Source of the DNA: Treponemataceae bacterium
Lineage (GTDB): Bacteria; Spirochaetota; Spirochaetia; Treponematales; Rectinemataceae
NCBI GenBank assembly: GCA_963678065.2
Contig: CAXXVZ010000003.1
Coordinates: forward strand, 1,600,001-1,664,000
Reading direction: 5' to 3'
Length of the DNA: 64,000 bases
The notes under the pieces were generated by a model that saw only the letters and a program-made list of their open reading frames with translations, did not search any database and was not told the origin of the DNA. Positions 18,690 through 31,700 of the stretch are shown here, piece after piece (positions within the stretch are counted from its first letter, which is position 1; each line of letters starts with the position of its first letter). A program made the translations under genes and the position numbers.

Positions 18690-19934
18690 GTGAAACTGAT
18701 CGAATTCGCGGGACGGAATGTCCTGCGCAACACGAGGCGCAGCCTCCTCGCCGCCGCCTCAGTCCTCCTCTCCATACTCATGATCGTCGTGCTGAACGGG
18801 CTCACCGAGGGCTTCCTCGACTCCCTCGTCCGGAACTACACGAAAAACGAGACCGGTCACGTGAACATAAGTACGGCAGCTTTTCGGGCCCGTGAGCGGT
18901 TTATGCCGGTCGACGAGTACATTCCCGGAGCGGACGGGCTCGCGGAAAAGTCGGTCACCCTCCTCGCCGGGGCGGGCATCCGCGCGAAAACGGCGGAGCG
19001 CATACGATTCGGCGTCATCCTCTCCGCGGGCGAGAACACGAAGACGGCCCTCGGCATAGCGGGTGAGGCTGAAAAGGAGAGAAGCCTCCTCATGCTCGAC
19101 CGGAGTGTCCTGCCCGGCGGCACGTATTGTTCGGAGCCGGGAACCGTCATTCTCGGAGATAAGCTGGCCCGCGACCTGGGACTCTCCGCAGGCGATCTCC
19201 TCAAAATCGTCACGAGGAAGGCGGACGGCGGCCTCGGCTACAAGAAACTCCTGATCTCGGGCATCTTCCGCACCGGCGTGAACTCCCTCGACGGGACTGT
19301 CTTCCAGATGGGCCTCGCCGATGCCCGCGAGCTCCTCGGCATGGAAGGCGGAAGCCAGAGCATCCTCGTCATGCTCGAGGATTACAAACAGGCCGGCCGG
19401 GCCGCCGCTGTCCTGGCCTCGGCGCCGGAGTTCGGAGCAGCTTCCGGGCTCTCCGTCCTTCCCTGGACGAAAATCGGCGAATACCCCCGCCTCATCGCCA
19501 TGGCAAGGGCCATCTACATCTGGGTATGGGTCTTCGTCGCATTCCTCGGAGCCTTCATCATCGCCAATGTCCTCATGATGGTGATCCTTGAACGGCGGAG
19601 GGAAACGGGAATTCTCATGTCCATGGGCATGCCCCGGCGCGAAATCCTCAGCCTTTTCGTTCTCGAAGGCGCGATGATCGGGGCGGCCGGCTCGACGGCC
19701 GGCTCTCTTCTCGGCACCCTCTTCAACCTCGCCCTCTCGAAGAAGGGCTTCGACATGACGAGCGCCATGGCGGCCATGACCTGGCCCATGGACAACGTCA
19801 TCCATCCGAGGGCTGACATCTTCACGGCCCTCGCCTTCATCGCGATGGGCACCCTCGTCGCGGCGATCGTCTCCTGGCTGCCCGCCCGGAACGCCTCCCG
19901 CATGAACCCTGTGGACGCGATCAGGTCCGTCTGA
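18690..19934 (+). CDS. ABC transporter permease (LolE/FtsX-like)
   Basis: RNVLRNTRRS, ERRRETGILMSMGM, PARNASRMNPVDAIR. Confidence 0.9.
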   Translation: MKLIEFAGRNVLRNTRRSLLAAASVLLSILMIVVLNGLTEGFLDSLVRNYTKNETGHVNISTAAFRARERFMPVDEYIPGADGLAEKSVTLLAGAGIRAKTAERIRFGVILSAGENTKTALGIAGEAEKERSLLMLDRSVLPGGTYCSEPGTVILGDKLARDLGLSAGDLLKIVTRKADGGLGYKKLLISGIFRTGVNSLDGTVFQMGLADARELLGMEGGSQSILVMLEDYKQAGRAAAVLASAPEFGAASGLSVLPWTKIGEYPRLIAMARAIYIWVWVFVAFLGAFIIANVLMMVILERRRETGILMSMGMPRREILSLFVLEGAMIGAAGSTAGSLLGTLFNLALSKKGFDMTSAMAAMTWPMDNVIHPRADIFTALAFIAMGTLVAAIVSWLPARNASRMNPVDAIRSV

Positions 19935-19952
19935 ACAAAGGAGCCGAAAACC

Positions 19953-20774
19953 ATGAAAAAGCGCGTATTCGCACGCACGACACTCCTCGCCCTCTTCCTT
20001 GTCATCGCGGCGGTCCCGCAGGCGGCCGCTCAGACAGGCGCCCAGCCAGTTGCTCAAACTGCCGTCCAGGCGGTCGCACAAGCCGCGGCTCAGCCGGCCA
20101 TCGACGCAAAGGCCATTCTCGCCCGGATGGAGGCGAATCAGGTCTACCACTCCATCGAGTATTCCGGGAAAATGGAGATCACGGGCGGTGGCAAGACACG
20201 CATCAAGCTCATGAAGGCCTGGGCAGTCGGAGCCGACAAGGCCTTCATCGAGTTCGAAAACCCCGAGGACAAGGGTGTGCGCATGCTCAAGCTCGGCAAG
20301 AACCTCTGGATGTACTTTCCGAAAGAGCGCGACACGGTCAAAATCTCGGGCCACCTTCTCAAGGAAGGCATGATGGGCTCCGATGTCTCCTACGAGGACG
20401 CGATGGAGCCGGGGGCACTGCGCGAGCTCTACGCGGCCGAGACGGCGGGAGAGGAGACCGTGGGCGGACGGACCTGCGTCGTTCTGGAGCTCGTGGCGAA
20501 AAAACCCGACCTCGCCTATTCCCGCCGCACTCTCTGGATCGACACCGAGCGCTACATCACCATGCAGACCCGCCTCTACGCCCGCTCGGGCAAGCTCCTC
20601 AAGGAGACCCGCACGCTGGAAACCGGCAAGATCGGCGAGCGATGGTTCCCGGTGAGCGTGGAGATGTCGGACAAGCTGAAGAAGGACTCGAAGACGGTCT
20701 TCACGATGACGAATCTCGTCCTCGACCCCAAGATCGACGAGAGCCGCTTCAGCCTGGCGACGCTGACAAAATGA
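19953..20774 (+). CDS. Outer-membrane lipoprotein-sorting (LolA-like) protein
   Basis: Signal peptide; PEDKGVRMLK..LWMYFP..GMMGSDVSYED motif. Confidence 0.82.
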   Translation: MKKRVFARTTLLALFLVIAAVPQAAAQTGAQPVAQTAVQAVAQAAAQPAIDAKAILARMEANQVYHSIEYSGKMEITGGGKTRIKLMKAWAVGADKAFIEFENPEDKGVRMLKLGKNLWMYFPKERDTVKISGHLLKEGMMGSDVSYEDAMEPGALRELYAAETAGEETVGGRTCVVLELVAKKPDLAYSRRTLWIDTERYITMQTRLYARSGKLLKETRTLETGKIGERWFPVSVEMSDKLKKDSKTVFTMTNLVLDPKIDESRFSLATLTK

Positions 20775-21985
20775 AAACGCCATTCATCCTCGCCCTGTCC
20801 ACCCTCGCCTTCGCGGTGGTCGCCTCGCTCTCCGCGCAGGCGGAAACCGGTCCGGGCGCGGAAACCGGGCGGGAAGAATCTCCCTGGAGTCTTTCGGGAT
20901 CGATCGGGCACGCGTCTTCCCTCGCGTGGACCGCCGGTTCCGGCCTCGGGTACGGCTCGGCCACGGCCCTTTCCGTCGGCGCGAGCTTCAGGAGCGGCGG
21001 CTTTTCGGGCAGGTTTTCCGCCGAGGCGGATCTGCTCACCGGAACACGGGCGCGGGAGATCTGGCTCGCTGCCGCCGCTTCCGTCGACGCCGCAGCATCG
21101 GCCGGAGCGGATGCGACAGGCGACTCGGCCTACCTTTCCGCGGGTGGTATCCTCCCCGACTTCCTCATGATCCCCGGCTACATACCAGGCATCCTGCCCG
21201 CCGGCAGCTCGCCGGATAGCCTCGTCGTCCTCAAGGTCGACGAATTCACCATCGGCTACGGCGGCGACAGGCTCCGGATGTCGGCCGGACGCATGGCCGT
21301 CAACTTCGGACAGGGCCTCGCCTTCAGCCCGGCGGACATCTTCGCGGTCTTCGACCGTTCGGGCATCATGCCCAAGCGCAAAGGGGTCGACGTGCTCGAA
21401 GTATCCGCTTTCCCCCTTCCCCTGGCCGACCTCCGCTTTGTCGCAAAACCCTCCGCGCGCGGATTGGAGGCGGGCAGCTACGCGACCCGCTCCTACATCT
21501 TCCTTTTTGACACAGTCGGGGTGGCCTTCGGCGCCGCCTGGTCGGGAACCGAGCAGGCCTGGACACTCAGCCCCGAAATCCGGATCGACACGGGTTTCGC
21601 TTCGATCTACGGAGAGGCGGCCTGGCATCTTCCCTCCGCCGGGTCGACGTCCTCGCAGGCGGTCAACGCCATGGCCGGCTTCGACACGAGCGTCGCCGAC
21701 ACCGTCTTCATCGCAGAATACGGCTACTATGGGCAGGAAACCGATCCCCACCGCGCATTCGCCTCGATCTCCCGCGCGCTCGGAGACGAGGGGAGTCTCG
21801 CGGCCTCGGCCACATGGATACCCGGCTCCTCCATCTTCACGGCGGCCCTGGCCCTCACAGTCCCGGACGTCCTTGGCGCCGACCTTTCGGCCGGGCTCTC
21901 GGCGACGCGGATTCCCGGCACGGAACCCTCCGACCTTTCGGGCTGGAAACCGGGCCTCACCCTCTCGGTGCTCAAAAATTTCTGA
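20771..21985 (+). CDS. Hypothetical exported protein, possible outer-membrane beta-barrel
   Basis: Signal peptide, GRMAVNFGQG..FSPAD motif, alternating beta-strand pattern, terminal Phe; ATGA coupling. Confidence 0.7.
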   Translation: MKTPFILALSTLAFAVVASLSAQAETGPGAETGREESPWSLSGSIGHASSLAWTAGSGLGYGSATALSVGASFRSGGFSGRFSAEADLLTGTRAREIWLAAAASVDAAASAGADATGDSAYLSAGGILPDFLMIPGYIPGILPAGSSPDSLVVLKVDEFTIGYGGDRLRMSAGRMAVNFGQGLAFSPADIFAVFDRSGIMPKRKGVDVLEVSAFPLPLADLRFVAKPSARGLEAGSYATRSYIFLFDTVGVAFGAAWSGTEQAWTLSPEIRIDTGFASIYGEAAWHLPSAGSTSSQAVNAMAGFDTSVADTVFIAEYGYYGQETDPHRAFASISRALGDEGSLAASATWIPGSSIFTAALALTVPDVLGADLSAGLSATRIPGTEPSDLSGWKPGLTLSVLKNF

Positions 21986-21989
21986 GCAC

Positions 21990-22014
21990 TTCAGGCGAAC
22001 AACGCTCGCCTGAA
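21990..22014 (+). terminator. Stem-loop after envelope cassette
   Basis: TTCAGGCGA-N7-TCGCCTGAA; weak U tract. Confidence 0.45.
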
Positions 22015-22158
22015 TCCCGCCTCCTTCCTCACCCTCTCGATGGCTGTGTCCTGCCCGTTTTTCCCCGCGCGCGAAAGGCTCACTGGAAACGATTCCCCCA
22101 AATGTGGCATACTCGCGGGATTGAATGGGTCCGCCAGTCGGGAACCAGGAGGAACAAG

Positions 22159-25421
<3,263 letters not shown>

Positions 25422-25425
<4 letters not shown>

Positions 25426-26669
25426 GCGCTCGCGGAGGCAATCCCGCCGCGGCCGGAAGAGTGGCCTCGAGCCACCCTTCGTACGGGGATCTCGGCAGGA
25501 ACAGGGATTTCAGGCTCTTCGTCCTCGCCTCTGTCTTCATGGGGCTCGGGGCCTGCGTCAATTCGGCCTCGTTCAACAATTACCTGCGCGATCGCTTCGC
25601 CATCGGGATAGCGCAGCGCACCTTCCTGGAATTCCCCCGCGAGCTGCCGGGATTCCTTGTCAGCTTCACTGTGGGAATCCTCGCGATGCTCGGCGAAGTG
25701 CGCATCGCGGCCATCGCGGCGGCCCTCGCGGCGGCGGGCATGCTCGCCCTCGGCTGGATTCCCTCCTCCTTCGTCCTCATGGTCGGCGCGGCCTTCATCT
25801 ACAGCTCGGGCCAGCACATTTTCATGCCGATATCCAACAGCATCGGCATGAGCTTTGCCAGCTCGGGCAAGGAGGGCTCTGTTCTCGGACGAATCCAGTC
25901 CTCCACGACGATCGCCCTCGTGACAGGGACCGGCATCCTCCTCCTCTTGTTCAAATTCGCGCACATCTCCTACAAAGCCGCATACTCGGCCGGCGCCCTC
26001 AGTTTTGTCGCCGCCGCCGTCTGTCTCGCGCTGATGGCTCCCATCAAGCGGGAGGGAACGACGAGGAGATTCGTCGTCCGTCGCGAGTACTCGCGGTTCT
26101 ACGCCATCTCCGTGCTGTACGGAGCGCGCAAACAGCTCTTCATCACCTTCGGGCCGTGGATGATCGTGGACCTGTTCAAACAGTCCGTCTCGACGATGAC
26201 GCTGCTCTTCTTCATCGTCTCCATCGTGGGAATTTTCCTGAAACCGGCCATCGGAAAACTGACAGACCGCTTCGGTCCCCGGAAAGTTCTCGGCGCCGAG
26301 GCCCTCATCACCGTCGCGCTGTGCATGATCTACGCTTTTTCGCCCGAGCTCTTGCCTCCGGGGACCGCCCTCGTCGTCGTGGCAGCCTGTTATATATGCG
26401 ACCAGGCCCTCGATTCCGTCTCCATGACACGATCGATCTATGCCCGGAAGATCGTGCTCTCCGTGCAGGATCTCGCGCCCACCCTCTCTTTCGGGATAAG
26501 CATCGACCACATCGTGTCCATGACCCTGCCCATGCTCGGCGGGCTCATCTGGAGAAGCTCCGGGAATCTCGGATACAGGTGGGTCTTCCTGGGCGGAGCC
26601 ACTGTCGCCCTCGCCAATTTCGCGCTGACGAGGGGAATGAAAGAGAGCCCCGCCGCGCAGCGGGACTGA
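25422..26669 (+). CDS. MFS transporter
   Basis: About 12 TM segments, GKLTDRFGPRK motif A; GTGA overlap with ileS stop. Confidence 0.85.
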
Positions 26670-26768
26670 GCCATTCCTCGATTGCGCCGGCTGGCCCCGC
26701 TCCGGGCTCCCGCGCGAACGGATTGCGCCCTTGAGCTTTGCGATCCGATACAGAACCGGAGGGAAGGA

Positions 26769-27365
26769 TCAGTTTCCCGACTTCGGTTTCGGCTTGCGCG
26801 GCCCCGGCTTCCATTCAGGCTCGACAGGCACCCAGTTCACGCGCGGGCGGCGCTGATTCGCAGCTCGGGTTTCCGATTTTCCGAGAAGGGCGAGCCCCTT
26901 CGCTCCCGCTCTCCCTCCTTCTGTTGCCTGCCCAAGGCTGCCCAAGGCTGAGAATGTCATGCCCGTTTTCCCTGGCGCTGTCTCAGTGGCGCCGGCCGAT
27001 GACCCCGCCCGGCCCACAGCCTCGGATATTTTCGATATCGTCTCCTCTGAAAGGTAATGCTCGATCCTGCAGGCATCCTCCTCTGCGATTCGCGCAGAAA
27101 CCCCGAGCAGGTCCCGGAAGAACGATGTGAGGAGAGCGTGCCGATCCCGGATCGCAGCCGAAGCAGCCTTCCCTTCCTCGGTCAGGTATATCTCTCCGTA
27201 ATGCTCATGATCGATCAAGCCCCGCCGCTCGAGTTCGTGGAGTGCCGTGTGGACCGAAGATTTGGAGACACCCAGTTCCTGCGCGATGTCCGTCACCCGC
27301 GCGATTCTGATCCGCTCGTGGAGAAGGCTGATGGTTTCCAGGTACATTTCGAGACTTTCCGTCAT
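26769..27365 (-). CDS. DtxR/MntR/TroR-family metal-dependent regulator
   Basis: ESLEMYLETI, ARVTDIA..LGVSKSSV, RHALL, AEEDACRIEH. Confidence 0.9.
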   Translation of the reverse strand: MTESLEMYLETISLLHERIRIARVTDIAQELGVSKSSVHTALHELERRGLIDHEHYGEIYLTEEGKAASAAIRDRHALLTSFFRDLLGVSARIAEEDACRIEHYLSEETISKISEAVGRAGSSAGATETAPGKTGMTFSALGSLGQATEGGRAGAKGLALLGKSETRAANQRRPRVNWVPVEPEWKPGPRKPKPKSGN

Positions 27366-28573
27366 CGGACAGACTCCTCCAACCCGTAGTGCTCCTTGAC
27401 TCCCGGCAGAAGCAGCTCTCCGAGTTCCTTCCAGGGTAGTACGAAACGGTAGTCGCCGGCCGCATAGGGAGCGAGTTTGTATCTATCATATCCGAAACCG
27501 ACACCTGACAGACAGATGAAGAAATCGCCGCCTGCAGGAAGCTCATCTCCGAAAAAGCCCATTTCGCGCAGCGAATGCCCGGGCAGGAGACCCGCTTCCT
27601 CCCTGGCCCTCTCTGTCAGCAGGGACGAGACGCGGCTTTCCCACCCGGGAAGAAAAAAATCGCCGAGACCGCGTCCCGTGCCGTCGCCGACGCTGAAAAC
27701 CTGGTACCGCGCCGTCGACACAGGCTTCGCGGAGGCGGTCTTGATATCTCTCACCGTAACCGTGGAGAACAGGGAGCCGGCGAGCGCGAGCGACGATGTC
27801 CTCTCCTCGAAACGACGGATGCCCGTCCGGGCATTCCCGACAGTGTCGGCGAATTTCATCCGGGCGTAGGCTCCGACGCTGTTTCCATACCTCACTGCCC
27901 GCGCATATTCCAGACCGGCACGGCGGGGCCGCGCGATCTCGAGGCCGGCGAGACTGAAGGCCTCATCATCGCCGGCCTCCGTCCTTCGGAGGTATCTTCC
28001 GGCAAAATCAACGGAAACGGATCGGAGCTGCGCGGAGCCGGAGGTATCCCGGCGGAACGAGACAGGACCCGCTCTGGCCGCCACGAAAGGCGAATCGCCG
28101 GGCGAAGGATTCCTCATTGTCATTTCTCCGGCAAATCCCGAGCGGAACCAGAAGAATCCTCCGGACATTTCAGCCTTCCGGCGAAAATTGCCCATAAAAA
28201 TCAGACTGAATGTACCGTCTGGCAGAGCTCTCCCCGAAAGGAGGCCAACCCTTCCCCCGGGAAATTCCTCCCAGCTTCCCCACAGTTCTCTCGAATTCCC
28301 GGAAAGCATGAGGACGAGAGTTTCACCCTTCGCGGCTTTCTCCTCGCGCAGCTCCATGAAGAAATCGCCGCAGGGTCGGAAAATCGGACAGACGAGATTC
28401 CGGGGCCCCGCGAGGACGAGGGCGGCCGACGCAAGAACGAAGGGAAGGACGGTCAGGACAAAACCCCGCGCCCTGCGGCGCCAGTACCCGCTCCTCGCAA
28501 CCCCGGCTTCGCGTTTCGGTTCGAGGCGGCTCTCTCTCGGTTTGCCCAAACCAATGCTCCTCTCAGATATCAT
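27362..28573 (-). CDS. Membrane-anchored hypothetical protein with RsiV/DUF3298-like C-terminus
   Basis: N-terminal TM; C-terminal FFI..GVGFGYDRYKLAPYAAG..FVLPWKEL; start uncertain. Confidence 0.65.
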   Translation of the reverse strand: MISERSIGLGKPRESRLEPKREAGVARSGYWRRRARGFVLTVLPFVLASAALVLAGPRNLVCPIFRPCGDFFMELREEKAAKGETLVLMLSGNSRELWGSWEEFPGGRVGLLSGRALPDGTFSLIFMGNFRRKAEMSGGFFWFRSGFAGEMTMRNPSPGDSPFVAARAGPVSFRRDTSGSAQLRSVSVDFAGRYLRRTEAGDDEAFSLAGLEIARPRRAGLEYARAVRYGNSVGAYARMKFADTVGNARTGIRRFEERTSSLALAGSLFSTVTVRDIKTASAKPVSTARYQVFSVGDGTGRGLGDFFLPGWESRVSSLLTERAREEAGLLPGHSLREMGFFGDELPAGGDFFICLSGVGFGYDRYKLAPYAAGDYRFVLPWKELGELLLPGVKEHYGLEESVR

Positions 28574-28681
28574 ATAGTGTTAATTTTTGTCGATAATGAT
28601 AGAAGCCCCCTGCAATCGTCCTCCCGATGCGCTACTATGGAAAAGGAGGAACGGGCTGGACCGGAGTCTTTCCCGTACACC

Positions 28682-28704
28682 ATATGGGAAAATTTTTCTC
28701 ATAT
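28682..28704. promoter_or_regulatory. Palindromic site upstream of giant lipoprotein gene
   Basis: ATATGGGAAAA-T-TTTTCTCATAT (10/11) in AT-rich intergenic region. Confidence 0.4.
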
Positions 28705-28779
28705 TTTCAGGTAGACCTCAGTGAGATATAAGATTAAGATTGTCTAGATCTTCCATACTATTAACCTAGGAGGATATCT

Positions 28780-31700
28780 ATGGATAGAGGTAAAAAATTC
28801 CTTGCATTCTTCGCAGTCATGGTCCTTGTGACTATGACATCTTGTTTATGCGCCCCCGAACCCGCTGAAGTCGGTCCGGGGCCTGTAACCGTCGCCCCGA
28901 TACCGGCAACTACGACTACGACTACAGTCGAAACTCCGGCTCCCGTCGTCGTCGAAACGTCCGCCAAGCCGGAAACACCGATAGCAGCGGCACCCTCTAT
29001 TTCCGAGGTCGATCTCAGAAATCTCTTCGGAGAAGCAAATTCCCTCCACAACGATGTCGCTGGATATGGAATCGCCGAAGTCCTTCCCGCCGATGTGGTC
29101 GCTGCGGATCAGCAGTTCGCCGCCGCCAAAACCGGCTACGATGCGGCGATGGACGCCAGTCCTTACGATGAAGTCGCCGCTTATCCCGTCAAGGCTCAGC
29201 TCGAGACTTCGATCGCCAACTACACCGACCTTCTCGATCGCGGCCTGCCCATGCGCGCCGAGGCCGAGCGCAAGGCAGCGTTGGAGATGAAGGCAAAGGC
29301 CGAGGCCGCCGAAGCCGCCGTCAAGGCTCCGGAGCGGATGGGAGCCGCTGACCAGTCCTTCGCCGACGCAGAAAGCCTCGCGGCGAACAAATCCTATCCG
29401 ATGGCCATCGATGGCTACAAGCTGTCGGCACTCACCTATGACCTCGCTTCCCGCAAGGCTATGGCCAACGGGTACCGCGAGACCATCTTCACCAACGGTT
29501 ACGCCAAATACTCCCCCAACTACTTCGACATCGCCGAGCAGAAGTACGCCGAAGAGAGCGCTTTCTGGGATTCCGGAAGTCCGGCCGATCTCGAGAAGGG
29601 CGCTTCTTCACTCGCCATCGCCAACACCTATTATGAGGAAGTCATCGCGCGCGGACGCGAGTACTCCGCCTACGACCGCAAGGCAGCCAGCGATGCGGCA
29701 AAACTCCAGAGCGACGGTCTCAACTCCGAAGTCAACGCTCCCGAGACCTACTCTTCCGCCCTTGTCAACTACAACGAAGGCGAAACCAGCCTCAAGGGTT
29801 CCAACTATGAAAGCGCTTCCCTCTGGTACGACGATGCCACCCAGGCCTTCGGCCAGGCTTACGACCTCTCCTACGGAAAATCCGAAGAAGCCGAAACCTT
29901 GATCGGGAAAGCCGACGAGGCCGTCGCCGTCGCCGAAGAAAAAGCCGCCTACGAGAAGATGGCGGACAATCCCTATCTCAAGCTCGCCCAAGACTACAAA
30001 GCCAACGCCGATGTGGATTTCTCCGGCAAGTATTTCGATGCCGCATCCACAAATGCCCAGAAAGCCATCGACTACGCTTCCCTCTCCGACTCCTATGTCG
30101 ATGGCAGGGTTTCCAAGGCACAGGCGGAGGCCAAGCTCGCCGCCGACGATTCTCTCGCCAAGGCCAAGTCCAGGATCGCCTGGGCCGATAGGGAAGGCAT
30201 CAAAGCGGACTATCCGGCTGAGTACAAGGGTGCCTCCGCGGCCATGACCGCTGCAAATCTCGCGTATGGCAGCGAAAACTACACCGCCGCCAAATCCAAC
30301 GCCGACGAAGTGCTCTCTGTCCTCTCCGGCGATTTTGAGGCCAAGGTTGCGGCTGAACGCTCTGCCAAGCTGAAAGCGGCAGCGGAGAAAGCAGCAGCGG
30401 AGCGAGCAGCGATCGAGAAAGCGGCGGCGGACAAGCTTGCTGCGGACATGGCTGCGGCGCGGGCGAAAGCGGAAGCCGAGAGGCTTGCGGCAGAGAAAGC
30501 GGCTGCGGAGACTGCGCGGATCGAGGCTGAGAGGCTCGCGGCTGAGAAAGCGGCTGAGCTCAAGGCGAAAGCCGATCTGGAAGCATCGATAGCGGCGGCC
30601 GACGTATCCCTCGCGAAGGCGCACGAGCGGAAGGCCTGGGCGGATGCGGCAGGGATCAAAGCGGACTATCCGGCTGAGTACAAAGGTGCTACGGCAGCGA
30701 TGACCGCTGCGGAGATAGCGTATGGGAACGAGAGCTATGAATCCGCGAAGGTGAACGCCGACGAAGTGGTTTCGATACTCTCGGCCGATTTTGAAGCGAA
30801 AGTGATGGCGGAGCGAGCGGCCATCAAGGCAGCTGCAGAGAAAGCGGCTGCGGAGAAGGCAGCAGCGGAGCGAGCAGCGATCGAGAAAGCGGCGGCGGAC
30901 AAGCTTGCTGCGGACATGGCTGCGGCGCGGGCGAAAGCGGAAGCCGAGAGGCTTGCGGCAGAGAAAGCGGCTGCGGAGACTGCGCGGATCGAGGCTGAGA
31001 GGCTCGCGGCTGAGAAAGCGGCTGAGCTCAAGGCGAAAGCCGATCTGGAAGCATCGATAGCGGCGGCCGACGTATCCCTCGCGAAGGCGCGCGAGCGCAA
31101 GGCCTGGGCGGATGCGGCAGGGATCAAAGCGGACTATCCGGCTGAGTACAAAGGTGCTACGGCAGCGATGACCGCTGCGGAGATAGCGTATGGGAACGAG
31201 AGCTATGAATCCGCGAAGGTGAACGCCGACGAAGTGGTTTCGATACTCTCGGCTGATTTTGAAGCGAAAGTGATGGCGGAGCGAGCGGCCATCAAGGCAG
31301 CTGCGGAGAAAGCGGCAGCGGAGAAGGCAGCAGCGGAGCGAGCAGCGATCGAGAAAGCGGCAGCGGACAAGCTTGCTGCGGACATGGCTGCGGCGCGGGC
31401 GAAAGCGGAAGCCGAGAGGCTTGCGGCAGAGAAAGCGGCTGCGGAGACTGCGCGGATAGAAGCGGAGAAGGTAGCGGCTGAGAAGGCCCGGCTTGCCGCG
31501 GAGAAACTCGCGGCTGAGAATGCGGCGGCAGAGAAAGCAGCAGCTGAAGCGGCGCGGATCGAGGCTGAGAGGCTCGCGGCTGAGAAAGCGGCGGAGCTCA
31601 AGGCGAAAGCCGATCTGGAAGCATCGATAGCGGCGGCCGACGTATCCCTCGCGAAGGCGCGCGAGCGCAAGGCCTGGGCGGATGCGGAAGGGATCAAAGC

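Noticed and set aside
21986..22158. T-box riboswitch upstream of ileS
   Set aside because: No T-box consensus (GGTGGnACCGCG) and leader too short
21814..22158. Long N-terminal extensions in the ORF track (ileS, SDR, MFS, M18, MerR, NUDIX, permease 48388)
   Set aside because: Better starts with RBS or stop-start overlaps exist downstream; extensions overlap other genes
26769..27010. DtxR C-terminal tail as FeoA/SH3 domain
   Set aside because: Low-complexity sequence without recognisable motif; more likely stop-codon drift
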